This document shows positions 46,756 through 56,686 of a stretch of 64,000 nt of DNA, piece after piece (within the stretch, counting starts at the first letter, position 1; the number at the start of each line of letters is the position of its first letter). A program made the position numbers and the translations under genes. The notes below the pieces were generated by a model, which saw nothing but the letters and a program-made list of their open reading frames with translations, was not told where the DNA came from and ran no database searches. The stretch covers positions 1,120,001-1,184,000 of the forward strand of contig CAVYGB010000008.1 in the NCBI GenBank assembly GCA_963767925.1. The letters are read 5' to 3'. This stretch comes from an uncultured delta proteobacterium (GTDB taxonomy: Bacteria; Myxococcota_A; Polyangia; Fen-1088).

Positions 46756-47462
46756 GCGGAGCCGGCGCGCGTCCGGCCCGGGAGCGGGTCATCGTGGCTC
46801 TCGACGTGCCCGATCGGGCCGCCCTCTCGGATCTGCTCGATCGCCTGGAGGGTCAACCCCGGCTGTACAAGGTCGGGCTGGAGCTGTTCGTCGCCGAGGG
46901 GGCCGGCGCGGTGGAGCTGGTGAAGGCCCGCGGCGGCCGGGTCTTCCTCGACCTGAAGCTGCACGACATCCCGGAGACGGTGGCCCGCTCGGTCACCGCC
47001 GCCACCGCGCTCGGCGTCGACCTGCTCACCGTACATGTGGCGGGGGGCAAGGAGATGTTGACCCGGGCGGTAGAGGCGGCCGCGGGTCGGCTGGAGCTCC
47101 TGGGGGTGACCGTGTTGACCAGCCTCACCGCCCAGGACCTGCAGGACGACGGCGGCTCGCTGGCCCCGGCCGACCTCGTGGCGCGCCGGGCCCGCCTGGC
47201 CACCGCGGCCGGGGTCAGAGGTCTGGTCTGCTCGGCCCACGAGATCACCCTGGCCCGGGCGGCCGCGCCCGACAGCGTGCTGGTGGTGCCGGGGGTGCGC
47301 CCGGTCGGGGCGGCGGCCGGCGACCAGAAGCGAATCGCCACCCCGGCCGCGGCCGCGCGGGCGGGCGCCGACTACCTGGTTGTGGGCCGGCCGATCCGGG
47401 ATGCCCCCGCGCCGGCGCGGGCCTTCGCCGCGATCGTCGAAGAGATCGAGTCCTCCGCGTGA
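46752..47462 (+). CDS. pyrF: Orotidine-5'-phosphate decarboxylase
   Basis: [36 protein letters not shown] and VVGRPI; GTGA overlap with proS. Confidence 0.95.
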
Positions 47463-48250
47463 TCGAGGAGACCAGCCGGAGGGTCGTGTTCGGCGTCCAC
47501 CCGGTCGAGGAAGTCTGCCGGGCGCGCCCGCGCGAGGTCGCCGTCGTGTACGTGGCCGAGGGGCACCGGGCCGGCGAGATCGAGCGGGCGATCGCGGTGG
47601 CCCGCGATCGGGGGATCGCCGTGGAGGTGCGCCCGCGGTCGCTGATCGCGGATCTTGCAGGGCGGACCGCGACCCACCAGGGGATCGCCGCGGTGGTGGG
47701 CGAATACCGCTACGCCACCGTCGAGAACATGCTGCTGAAGGCGACGGCGGCGGGCGAGCCTCCCCTGCTGGTGCTGCTCGATGGCGTGACCGATCCCCAC
47801 AACCTGGGCGCGGTGGTACGCAGCGCCGAGGTCCTCGGCGCCCACGGGGTGATCGTGCCCGACCGGGCTTCGGCGCCGGTGCGGGGGGCGGCGGTCAAGG
47901 CCTCGGCCGGGGCGACCGAGCGGTTCCTGATCGCCCAGGTCTCCCGACTCCTGGTCACCATCGACCACCTGCGGGAGCAGGGGCTGCGCGTGCTGGGCGC
48001 GACCGCCCAGCAGGCCGAGCCGATCGGGAAGGTCGACCTGCGCGGTCCTGTCGCCTTCGTGCTCGGCAGCGAGGGCAAGGGCACGCGCGAAGCAGTGGCC
48101 CGCCGCTGCGACGGCCTGGTGCAGATCCCCCAGCGCGGACAGGTAGCTTCGTTGAACGTCTCGGTCGCCGGCGCCATCCTGCTCTACGAGGCCATGCGCC
48201 AGCGGCAGGGCGCGGAGAGCGGGTCAGGACCAGCTCGCGAGACGCCGTGA
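47459..48250 (+). CDS. rlmB: 23S rRNA G2251 2'-O-methyltransferase (SpoU family)
   Basis: FGVHPVEE, HQG, LDGVTDPHNLGA, GSEGKG and SLNVSVA. Confidence 0.92.
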   Translation: MIEETSRRVVFGVHPVEEVCRARPREVAVVYVAEGHRAGEIERAIAVARDRGIAVEVRPRSLIADLAGRTATHQGIAAVVGEYRYATVENMLLKATAAGEPPLLVLLDGVTDPHNLGAVVRSAEVLGAHGVIVPDRASAPVRGAAVKASAGATERFLIAQVSRLLVTIDHLREQGLRVLGATAQQAEPIGKVDLRGPVAFVLGSEGKGTREAVARRCDGLVQIPQRGQVASLNVSVAGAILLYEAMRQRQGAESGSGPARETP

Positions 48251-48344
48251 CGCGAGCCTCCCCATCCTTGGCGCCGATTCCCTCGGCAAACGCCGCCGTC
48301 GGTCCCTCAGCGGGCCGCTCCGTCGGGCCGGGCCCGGGCCCCGC

Positions 48345-49181
48345 TCAGAGCGTGAGGGCGTCGAGCTTGACCAGGAGGGCGGCCAGCACCTTGCTGATGG
48401 CCGCCATCTGGTCGGGCCGGCGCTCGAGCGTCGCCTCTTTCATGTAGAGGTCTCGCCGCATTTCGATCTGGATGGCGTGGATGCGCTCGGCCGGTCGGCC
48501 GTGGTGGCTGGTGATGAAGCCGCCCCGGTAGGGATCGTTGAAGGCCACCCGCATCCCGTGTTCCCGGAAGTGATCGCCCACCAGGCGCGAAAGGGCCGGC
48601 GCGCAGCTCGTCCCCAGCTTGTCGCCCGGCACGATCTCGGCGCGCGCGTGGCCCGGGTCGCTGTGTCCGCTGCGGCCCACCGAGGGCATCGAGTGCCCGT
48701 CGACGAGGATGGCAAAGCCGAAGACGCTGCGCGCCCGGGCCAGGGCGTCGGCGATGGCGCCGTGGTAGGCGGCGTGGATCGACCGCCGGGTCTCCCACTC
48801 GGCGCCGGTGAGGGGACGGGACAGGGCGCGCCGGCCGGTGGTCGTCACCTCCCAGAGGAAGCCCCGGCCGTCGATGTTCTGGGGGGCGGGGTGGCTGGGC
48901 ACTCCCCGGGCCGAAACGTCGTCGGGGTGCCGGTTCAGGTCGCACACGAACCGGGACAGCTTGGCCCGCAAGAAGGCCTTGGGAGCGGCCGGCTGGTACA
49001 GCTCGTCGACGAACAGGTCGGCGTCGCAGCGGACGTCGAGCCCGGGGGCGAAGACCTCGGCGAACCCCTCGATCGAGACGCCGGCATGAGGAACGCTCAC
49101 AACGACCGGGCTCGTGGGCGGGTCAGGCAACATGGCAGCGTAGGCCAGGTCGGAGATGCTGGACGCTGGAGCGGGGTTCAT
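48345..49181 (-). CDS. N-formylglutamate amidohydrolase family protein
   Basis: SVPHAG, DLFVDELY, SRFVCDLNR, DGHSMPS, NDPYRGG and HAIQIE. Start uncertain. Confidence 0.88.
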   Translation of the reverse strand: MNPAPASSISDLAYAAMLPDPPTSPVVVSVPHAGVSIEGFAEVFAPGLDVRCDADLFVDELYQPAAPKAFLRAKLSRFVCDLNRHPDDVSARGVPSHPAPQNIDGRGFLWEVTTTGRRALSRPLTGAEWETRRSIHAAYHGAIADALARARSVFGFAILVDGHSMPSVGRSGHSDPGHARAEIVPGDKLGTSCAPALSRLVGDHFREHGMRVAFNDPYRGGFITSHHGRPAERIHAIQIEMRRDLYMKEATLERRPDQMAAISKVLAALLVKLDALTL

Positions 49182-49282
49182 CGTGAGCAGGCGCGGGACC
49201 GGCCCCTTCATCATAACCCAGGCCGGCCGGGTGACTGTTGCAGAAAATAGCCCGGTTGCCTTGAGCTTGCGCTCGGGCCCGG

Positions 49283-49999
49283 CTAATCGAAGAAGGCTTC
49301 GGTCCGGATGTGTTTCTTGCGGTCGATGCCCTGGGCGATGAGCGAACGTTTGAGCTCGTCGATCATCGCCCCGTTTCCCACGATGTAGAAGGTGGGAGCG
49401 GTCCAGGAGGGGAGGGCGGCCATCACCGCGGGGATGATCCGCCCCCGGGGTCCCGACCAGGTGTCCGCAGGTCGCGAAAGGTACGTTTGCAGGCTGGCGC
49501 CCGCGTCGGCGCAGGCCGCCGCGACCTCCCCGGGCACGAACAGATCCTCCTCGCGGCGCAGGCCCCAGTAGACCACCCGGCGGCCGCCCGGTTGCCGCTG
49601 CGACAGCTCGGCCAGCATCGGCAGCACCGGGGCCAGGCCGGTACCCGTCGCGGCGAACACCACGTCACCGGTGTGCTCCGGGTCGAGGGTGAAGAACCCA
49701 TGCGGCCCCGTCATCTCGACCTGGGCGCCCACGGGCAGGCTCCGCCAGAAATCTGAGGCCACCCCCTGGGGCAAGATCCGGATGATGAAGCGCAGGGCGT
49801 GAGCCTCGTCCGAGCGGGAGGCGATGGAGTAGCTGCGTCGAACGTCGCGGCCGTCGGTATCTTTGCCCACCGGCAGCGTCATGAACTGTCCGGCCCGGAA
49901 CGGGACCCGCGCGGGATCCACGAGATCGAAACGGACGTCGACGACGCCATCGGCGACGGGCTCGCTCTTGACGAGGCGGGCTGAGATGGGCTGGGACAT
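49283..49999 (-). CDS. FNR-family FAD/NAD(P)-binding oxidoreductase
   Basis: FRAGQF, RSYSIAS, GVAS, GPHG, ATGTGLAP and terminal EAFFD. Confidence 0.88.
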   Translation of the reverse strand: MSQPISARLVKSEPVADGVVDVRFDLVDPARVPFRAGQFMTLPVGKDTDGRDVRRSYSIASRSDEAHALRFIIRILPQGVASDFWRSLPVGAQVEMTGPHGFFTLDPEHTGDVVFAATGTGLAPVLPMLAELSQRQPGGRRVVYWGLRREEDLFVPGEVAAACADAGASLQTYLSRPADTWSGPRGRIIPAVMAALPSWTAPTFYIVGNGAMIDELKRSLIAQGIDRKKHIRTEAFFD

Positions 50000-50061
50000 G
50001 AAGCTGGGGTGTGGAACCCTCTCCGGACGGCTGGGTCCGGCAAAGGCTATCGCGGATCATC

Positions 50062-50781
50062 TTAGCGCGTTTGCCGCGCGCCGCCCCGTCCCATCGCCGC
50101 CGCTTCGCCCTGCCCCTCGCTCTGCCAGCCTTCGGCCCCGACCAGCGGGACGAAGGCCACGCCGCCGAGGTCCACATTGCGAAAGTGCGACTCCGAGTGG
50201 CGGTCGACCCGCAGCAGCCGCTGCCGGTCCGACTCCTTGCCCACCGGGATGACGATCCGTCCGCCAAGCGCGAGCTGCTCGAGCAGGGCAGGGGGGACCT
50301 TGGGGCCCGCTGCGGTGACCACGATTGCCTCGAAGGGGGCACACTCTGGCAGGCCGAGCGTGCCGTCGCCGGTGCTCACGTGGACGTTGATGAAGCCGAG
50401 CTCGGCCAGGCGCGCGCTTGCCTGCTCCGCGAGGTCCTCGTGGCGCTCGATGCTGTACACCTCGCGCGCCAACCGTCCCAGCACGGCCGCGCCGTAGCCC
50501 GAGCCGGTCCCGACCTCCAGCACCCGTTCGGTTCCCACCAGGCCGAGCGCGTCGCACATGAGGGCGACGATGTACGGCTGCGAGATGGTCTGACCACTGC
50601 CGATGGCGAGCGGCACATCCTCGAAAGCTCGGGGCGCCTGGCCGATCTCGACGAACCGCTCCCGGGGCGTCTCGCGCATGGCGGAGAGCACCCGACGGTC
50701 CCGGATCCCTCGGGCGGCGATCTGCCGCTCGACCATCTCCTGTCGCTTGTCGGCCTGCCAGTCCCGCCACTCTTTTGCCAC
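50062..50781 (-). CDS. pcm: Protein-L-isoaspartate O-methyltransferase
   Basis: GQTISQPY, VLEVGTGSGY, GDG..G..APF.AIVVTA and FVPLVG; GGAGG RBS 7 nt before GTG 50781. Confidence 0.95.
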   Translation of the reverse strand: MAKEWRDWQADKRQEMVERQIAARGIRDRRVLSAMRETPRERFVEIGQAPRAFEDVPLAIGSGQTISQPYIVALMCDALGLVGTERVLEVGTGSGYGAAVLGRLAREVYSIERHEDLAEQASARLAELGFINVHVSTGDGTLGLPECAPFEAIVVTAAGPKVPPALLEQLALGGRIVIPVGKESDRQRLLRVDRHSESHFRNVDLGGVAFVPLVGAEGWQSEGQGEAAAMGRGGARQTR

Positions 50782-51215
50782 GGACACACCTCCACCCGCT
50801 CAGTTCACGCGTAAGTCATACCAAGACGGACTCGAGCGCGGGCAAGATAGGGTTTTACCCCTTCTGGCGCCGCGCGTCGGAGTAAACCAGGAGGAAGGCT
50901 CATCTCGCTATCGGGGAGTCCCCCCGGTAGTGACCCCGTCAGGCCGGATACTCATGACCGGCCCGGGGTGCTCTCTCGACGACCGGTGGGCAGGCGCGAG
51001 CCGGCCGGTCCGGCGGGGCGGCCGATCGTCGCAGGGCGGGGCGCGGCTCGATCGCGCGCGAGCCCGATCGGAGATCCCCGCGGCCGTCGTGGCGGGCGCA
51101 CGTTTCATCGGGGGTCTTGTGCCGGTGCCACGAGCGGGCGTGCGGATGGCTGGTGAAGGTCCGGTTGGTAGAGACGCAAGTCAGGGGTGTAAGCTGAAGC
51201 TGGAGCCAAGGTCGC

Positions 51216-51827
51216 GTGAAACACTTCTCGATGATCCGCGGGTTTCACCTGGCGGATTTCTTCACCCTCGCGAACGCGGCCTGCGGAATGGCCTCGATCT
51301 TCACCTCGTTGGGGTACGTCGCCTCCCAGGTCCGGGGCCAGTTCCTCTGGGCGGCCGGGCTGCTGCCGCTCGCCCTCATCTTCGACATCCTCGACGGCCG
51401 CATTGCCCGCTGGCGGCAGAAGCACTCCCCGCTCGGCCGCGAGCTGGACTCGCTGGCCGACATCATCTCCTTCGGGGTGGCGCCGGCGGCGCTGGCCTTC
51501 GCCGCCGGCATGCGCGCCCCCCTCGATCGCGCCGTCCTCATCTTCTTCGTCGCCTGTGGGGTGAGCCGGCTCGCCCGCTTCAACGTCACCGCCGAGGAGC
51601 TGGCCGACGGCAGCGACAAGGTAAGGTACTTCGAGGGGACGCCGATCCCGACCAGCGTGCTGCTGGTGCTGATCCTGGGGGTGGCCGCCTGGCGCGGGCG
51701 AATGGGAGAGAGCCTGTGGTTCGGGGAGATGGCGCTTCCGGTAGGGAGCTTTCACCCCCTGGTGATCATGTTCGCGGTGTCGGGCAGCCTGATGATCAGC
51801 AAGACGTTGCGGGTCCCCAAGCTCTGA
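51216..51827 (+). CDS. pssA: CDP-diacylglycerol--serine O-phosphatidyltransferase (CDP-alcohol phosphotransferase)
   Basis: FDILDGRIAR..GRELDSLAD.ISFGVAP, RLARFN and FEGTPIP. Confidence 0.88.
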   Translation: MKHFSMIRGFHLADFFTLANAACGMASIFTSLGYVASQVRGQFLWAAGLLPLALIFDILDGRIARWRQKHSPLGRELDSLADIISFGVAPAALAFAAGMRAPLDRAVLIFFVACGVSRLARFNVTAEELADGSDKVRYFEGTPIPTSVLLVLILGVAAWRGRMGESLWFGEMALPVGSFHPLVIMFAVSGSLMISKTLRVPKL

Positions 51828-51846
51828 CCGCGGGTTGCCCACCCCC

Positions 51847-54021
51847 ATGAGCGGATCCGCCTCCGATTTCCTGCGCAGCTTCGCCGAGACCCGCGCCTTC
51901 TCGCTGGGCCGTCCCACCCGCATCCAGCTCACAGCGGCGGGTGACGTGGCCCTGTTCTTGCGCAGCCCCGCCCGCTCTCCCGACCACGACCTGTATGAGC
52001 TGGAGGTGGCCAGCGGAAGGGTCCGCCGGCTGGCCAGCCCGGCCGATCTGCTCGGCGGGGTCGAGGAGGAGCTCTCGTTCGAAGAGCGCGCGCGCCGCGA
52101 GCGCCTGCGCATCGCCGACCGAGGGTTCACCTGGTACGCGCTGTCGCCCGATGGCGCCGACGTGTTGCTACCCGCCTCGGGCCGGCTGTTCCTGCTGGGC
52201 CGGCTGGATGGCCGGATCCGCGCCTTGACGCCTCCCGGTCAGGGGGTGCTCGAGCCCCGCTTCTCCCCCGACGGCAACCGGATAGCCTTCGTGCGGGCCG
52301 GCGACCTGCACGTGCTCGATCTCGACCACCCCGGTGAGCCGGTCCCGCCCCGCCGCCTCACGCCGGGGGCCAGCGAGCACGTCCGCTTCGGCCTGGCCGA
52401 GTTCGTGGCCCAGGAGGAGATGGGGCGCTTCGAGGGCTACTGGTGGTCGCCCGACGGCGCCTGGCTGGCGTTCGCCGAGGTGAACGAGGCGGGGCTGGAG
52501 CGCTTCGTGATCGGCGACCCGGCCCGACCCGAGCAAGCGCCCCTGCGCATCCCCTACCCGCGGGCCGGGCGCAACAACGCCGAGGTACGCCTGGGCATCG
52601 CCCCGGCCGATCCCGCGCCCGGCACCGCCCCCGCCCCGATCTGGGTGACCTGGGACCGCGACCGTTATCCCTATCTTTGCCGGGTGCTCTGGGACAGCGA
52701 CCGGGCGCCCCTCTCCATTCTGGTGCAGACCCGCGACCAGCGCGAGGTGGCGCTGCTTGCGGTCGACAGCGGCGAGGGCACCACGCGCACGCTGCTCTCC
52801 GAGCGGGACGAGCACTGGGTTAACCTCGACCGGGACCTGCCCCGCTGGTTGCCGGACGGCAGCGCGCTGCTCTGGGGAAGCGAGCGATCCGGCCGGCGGG
52901 TCCTCGAGCTGCGCGACCCCGAGGGGCGCTTCGTCCGGGAGATCTCCGCCAATGGGGACGGGTTCATCGCCCTGTGCCACGTGGCCCCGGATTCCAGCTC
53001 CCTCTTCGTCCTCGAGGGGGGGCCGGTCGGCAACCGCCTGGCCCGCATCGAGCTGCAGTCGGGCCAGCGCGAGACCTTGACCGCGGACCGGGCCGAGCAC
53101 GCGCCGGTGTTCGCTGCCAGCGGCAGGGTCTGGGTGGATTCCCTGACCAGCCCCGATGGGTTGCCTCGCAGCGTGGTGGTGACCCGGGGTGGGGGGCCAC
53201 CCGTCCCGGTGCCCGATTTGGCCGAGACGCCTCCCTGGACGGTGAACCTCGAACTCGTCGAGACCGCGGACGAACGGCGCTTCCAGGCCGTGCTCATCCG
53301 CCCGCGGGCCTTCGAGCCGGGGCGCCGGTATCCCGTCGTGCTGCACGTCTACGGCGGCCCCCACAGCTTGATGGTGCGGGCCGACCAGCGGCACTACCTC
53401 TACGACCAGTGGCTCGCCGATCAGGGATGTGTCGTCGTGGCCCTCGACAACCGCGGCACCCCCCGGCGCGATCGGGCCTGGGAGCGGGCCATCAAGGGCG
53501 GCTTCGGGGACGTCCCCCTCGACGATCAGGTGGCCGGGCTGCAGGCCCTGGGCCGGCGTTTCCCGGAGCTCGACCTGGATCGGGTGGCGGTCTACGGCTG
53601 GTCGTTCGGGGGATACCTCGCCTGCCTGGCCCTCCTGCGCCGGCCCGACGTGTTCAAGGTCGCGGTGGCCGGAGCGCCGGTCGTCGACTGGCACGACTAC
53701 GACACCCACTACACCGAGCGCTACCTCGATCTGCCCGGCCAGGCGCCGGAGGCGTACCGGGGCGCCAGCCTGCTCACCTACGCAGCCCAGCTCCAGCGCC
53801 CGCTCCTGATCGTCCACGGCACCGCCGACGACAACGTGTACTTCTTTCACTCGCTCAAGCTGGCCGACGCCCTGCTGCGGGCCGGTCGACCGTTCACCTT
53901 CCTCCCGCTGCCGGGGGTGACCCACCAGATCAGCGACGCGGTCGTTCGGGAAAAACTTTGGTGCCGGATTGGCGAGTTCCTGCTGGGGGAGCTGGCCCGG
54001 GTTCACCCGGAGTGTCGCTAG
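51847..54021 (+). CDS. S9B dipeptidyl peptidase IV family protein
   Basis: DPPIV beta-propeller (YWWSPDG, YPRAG), VYGGP, GWSFGG nucleophile, HGTADDNV and catalytic His. Confidence 0.93.
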   Translation: MSGSASDFLRSFAETRAFSLGRPTRIQLTAAGDVALFLRSPARSPDHDLYELEVASGRVRRLASPADLLGGVEEELSFEERARRERLRIADRGFTWYALSPDGADVLLPASGRLFLLGRLDGRIRALTPPGQGVLEPRFSPDGNRIAFVRAGDLHVLDLDHPGEPVPPRRLTPGASEHVRFGLAEFVAQEEMGRFEGYWWSPDGAWLAFAEVNEAGLERFVIGDPARPEQAPLRIPYPRAGRNNAEVRLGIAPADPAPGTAPAPIWVTWDRDRYPYLCRVLWDSDRAPLSILVQTRDQREVALLAVDSGEGTTRTLLSERDEHWVNLDRDLPRWLPDGSALLWGSERSGRRVLELRDPEGRFVREISANGDGFIALCHVAPDSSSLFVLEGGPVGNRLARIELQSGQRETLTADRAEHAPVFAASGRVWVDSLTSPDGLPRSVVVTRGGGPPVPVPDLAETPPWTVNLELVETADERRFQAVLIRPRAFEPGRRYPVVLHVYGGPHSLMVRADQRHYLYDQWLADQGCVVVALDNRGTPRRDRAWERAIKGGFGDVPLDDQVAGLQALGRRFPELDLDRVAVYGWSFGGYLACLALLRRPDVFKVAVAGAPVVDWHDYDTHYTERYLDLPGQAPEAYRGASLLTYAAQLQRPLLIVHGTADDNVYFFHSLKLADALLRAGRPFTFLPLPGVTHQISDAVVREKLWCRIGEFLLGELARVHPECR

Positions 54022-54070
54022 CGAGCCCCCTGGCCCGTCGGTGGGCCTTCGGGCTAGCTCGAGTTTTAGA

Positions 54071-54085
54071 TTAGACTCCGTCTAG
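54071..54085. promoter_or_regulatory. Imperfect 7-1-7 inverted repeat (PerR/Fur-family-like box) upstream of rubrerythrin
   Basis: TTAGACT-C-CGTCTAG in an AT-rich stretch; TAAACT -10 candidate nearby. Confidence 0.5.
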
Positions 54086-54128
54086 CTTTAGAGTAAACTA
54101 CGACCCGACGACGCAGGAGGACGCGCGC

Positions 54129-54548
54129 ATGCCCAATCTCAAAGGATCCAAGACCCACACCAACCTCAAGGACGCCTTCGCGGGGGAGTCCCAGGCCAAC
54201 CGGCGGTACCTGTACTTCGCCAAGCAGGCCGACGTGGAAGGCTACCCCGAGATCGCCGGAAATTTCCGGGACACGGCCGAGGGGGAGACCGGCCACGCCC
54301 ACGGGCACCTCGACTATCTCAAGAGCGTGGGCGACCCCGCCACCGACCTTCCCATCGGGGACACCTCCCGGAACCTCAAGTCGGCGGTCGCCGGGGAGAC
54401 CCACGAGTACACGAGCATGTACCCGGGCATGGCCAAGACCGCCCGCGAGGAAGGCTTCGCCGAGGTCGCCGACTGGTTCGAGACCCTGGCCAAGGCCGAA
54501 AAGGCCCACGCTGGCCGTTTCCAGAGCCTCCTCGACAAGATCGGCTGA
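54129..54548 (+). CDS. rbr: Rubrerythrin without rubredoxin domain (erythrin/sulerythrin type)
   Basis: [26 protein letters not shown] and AEKAHA di-iron motifs; ends without a CxxC domain; RBS AGGAGG. Confidence 0.93.
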   Translation: MPNLKGSKTHTNLKDAFAGESQANRRYLYFAKQADVEGYPEIAGNFRDTAEGETGHAHGHLDYLKSVGDPATDLPIGDTSRNLKSAVAGETHEYTSMYPGMAKTAREEGFAEVADWFETLAKAEKAHAGRFQSLLDKIG

Positions 54549-54558
54549 GTAACCCCCC

Positions 54559-54628
54559 GAGGCAGGGACTGCCTCCGGGTCCTGCACGGCTCCCGTCCCG
54601 GATCGGCAACGGTCCCGGGGACGGGGGC
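54559..54628 (+). other. Two intercistronic hairpins downstream of rbr
   Basis: GAGGCAG/CTGCCTC (54559-54575) and GCTCCCGTCCC-GGATCG-GCAA-CGGTCC..GGGACGGGGGC (54589-54628) with a GNRA loop. Confidence 0.55.
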
Positions 54629-54661
54629 GTGCGAGACCGGTGAGGTCCCGGAGAGACTGGC

Positions 54662-56038
54662 ATGTCCGATCCGATCTCCTACGCGCCCACCGATGGCCTT
54701 TCTTACGATCCCGAGGAGCCGGCCTACTGGGACGAAGGGGCGCTCCGGAAGGAGGTCGATCGGGTCTTCGACATCTGCCACGGCTGTCGCATGTGCTTCA
54801 AGTACTGCGACGCCTTCCCGAACCTGTTCAAGCTCATCGACGAGAAACACGACGGGAGGGTGGCCACGCTGAGCGAGGGCGAGCGGGAGGCGGTCATGGA
54901 CGACTGCTTCCAGTGCAAGCTGTGCGAGGTGCAGTGCCCCTACACGCCCCGGGACAAACACCCCTTCAAGCTGGACTTTCCCAAGCTGGTGCACCGCTAC
55001 CGGGCGGTCCTGCAGCGCAAGCGCGGATCGACCCTGCGCGAGCGATTCCTTGGCGATCCGGACAGCGCCGGGCGGGCGGCGCGGGCCAGCGGTGGGCTGG
55101 TCAACCGCATGAATCGCCTGGCGGCCCACCGCTGGTTCCTCGAGAAGACCATCGGGATCCACCGCAAGAAGCTGCTCCCGGCCTTCGCTCGACAGACCTT
55201 CGAGGAGTGGGCCTCGGCCGAGAACCTGATCCCGGCCGTGCCGGGCGGGGAGGCGGTCCTCTTCCAGACTTGCTACGTGCAGAACAACGAACCGGAGATC
55301 GGCCAGGACACCATCGAGGTGCTCCGGCGCAACCAGGTCGACGTGCGCTGCGCCCGCGGGCTCGAGTGTTGCGGCATGCCCGCCTGGGAGAGCGGCAACT
55401 TGCCCGAGTTGCAGAAGCGGGCCCACCGGAACCTCGACGTGTTGCTGCCCTATGTGGAAAAAGGGGCCAAGGTGCTGGCCATCAACCCGACCTGTTCGAT
55501 GATGATGCGGCGGGAGTATCCCACCCTCGTGGCGGGCGAAGATCGGGAGCGGGCCGGCCGGCTGGCCGAGGCCATCCGGGATCCCAGCGAATACCTCTGG
55601 TCGCTGCGGGACGAGCCGCGCTTCTCCCGTGACTTCAAGTCCCACCCCGAGCAGGTCGCTTACCACGCCCCCTGCCACCTGCGGGCGCAGGCCATCGGGT
55701 TCCGGGGCCGGGACCTGATCCGGCGCACGGGCGTGCAGGACGTGGCGTTCGTGGGCGAGTGCTGCGGCCACGACGGCACCTACGCCATGACGGTCGAGGG
55801 CTTCGAGCCGTCGGCCCGGATCGGTCAGAAGGCCTTCGCCGGCATGAAGGAGCCGGAGAAGGCCACCTGGGTGACCGACTGTCCGCTGGCGGCGCTGCAG
55901 TTCGAGCAGCACGCCGGCACCAAACCCCTGCACCCGATGTCGCTGCTCGCCCGCGCCTACCGGGGCGACTCGTTCCAGATCGGCGCGGAAGCCAGCGCTC
56001 CGGAAGCCAGCGACTCGGACAACGGCGAGAAGAGGTGA
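54662..56038 (+). CDS. Rubrerythrin-associated Fe-S oxidoreductase (GlpC/HdrD-like, CCG domains)
   Basis: CHGCRMC..C, CFQCKLC..CP and two CCG motifs. Confidence 0.88.
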   Translation: MSDPISYAPTDGLSYDPEEPAYWDEGALRKEVDRVFDICHGCRMCFKYCDAFPNLFKLIDEKHDGRVATLSEGEREAVMDDCFQCKLCEVQCPYTPRDKHPFKLDFPKLVHRYRAVLQRKRGSTLRERFLGDPDSAGRAARASGGLVNRMNRLAAHRWFLEKTIGIHRKKLLPAFARQTFEEWASAENLIPAVPGGEAVLFQTCYVQNNEPEIGQDTIEVLRRNQVDVRCARGLECCGMPAWESGNLPELQKRAHRNLDVLLPYVEKGAKVLAINPTCSMMMRREYPTLVAGEDRERAGRLAEAIRDPSEYLWSLRDEPRFSRDFKSHPEQVAYHAPCHLRAQAIGFRGRDLIRRTGVQDVAFVGECCGHDGTYAMTVEGFEPSARIGQKAFAGMKEPEKATWVTDCPLAALQFEQHAGTKPLHPMSLLARAYRGDSFQIGAEASAPEASDSDNGEKR

Positions 56039-56043
56039 GTCAG

Positions 56044-56598
56044 ATGCGCAAGGTCCAGCGCTCGGAGATCGTCGACTATCAGACCTACAACGACCAGCGG
56101 GAGGTCACCCGCGCCGCCATCTTCGACGCGAAGAAGGTCCGGCGGATACACCTCGGGGACTGTCTCACCTTCTTGTTCGAGAACGCCGACACCATCCGCT
56201 ACCAGATCCAGGAGATGATGCGGGCCGAACGCATCGTGCGGGAGGCCGACATCCAGCGGGAGGTGGACACCTACAACGCCCTGCTGGGCGACCCGGGCGA
56301 GCTGGGCTGCTGCCTGCTGATCGAGATCGACGAGCGCAGCGAGCGGGAGCGCCGCCTGCGCGAGTGGAAGGGGCTCCCCCGGCACCTGTATCTGCGCTGC
56401 GACGACGGTAGCCTGGTGCGGGCCCAGTTCGACGCGAGCCAGATCGACGACGAGAAGATCTCGGCGGTGCAATACCTGAAGTTCTCCCTGGGCCAGCGGC
56501 TGCCGACCGGGGTGGGCTGCGATCTGCCCGACCTCACCGCCGAGGCCGCCCTGAGCGAGGCGCAGCGGTCGGCCTTGCGGGCCGATCTGGCGAGCTGA
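56044..56598 (+). CDS. DUF3501 family protein
   Basis: [40 protein letters not shown]; position after rbr and the Fe-S oxidoreductase. Confidence 0.85.
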   Translation: MRKVQRSEIVDYQTYNDQREVTRAAIFDAKKVRRIHLGDCLTFLFENADTIRYQIQEMMRAERIVREADIQREVDTYNALLGDPGELGCCLLIEIDERSERERRLREWKGLPRHLYLRCDDGSLVRAQFDASQIDDEKISAVQYLKFSLGQRLPTGVGCDLPDLTAEAALSEAQRSALRADLAS

Positions 56599-56686
56599 CT
56601 CCAGCCCCGGGGTCGGTCGGCCGATGAGCGCCGGCCGGTTGCTTGCCTGGCGCCCCTACGTTTCCTTGAGGTAAGGTTTCTCTTCC

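Noticed and set aside
50930..50970. SRP RNA-like fragment (GTCAGGCCGGA)
   Set aside because: Lacks the following AGGAAGCAGC of the SRP conserved domain.
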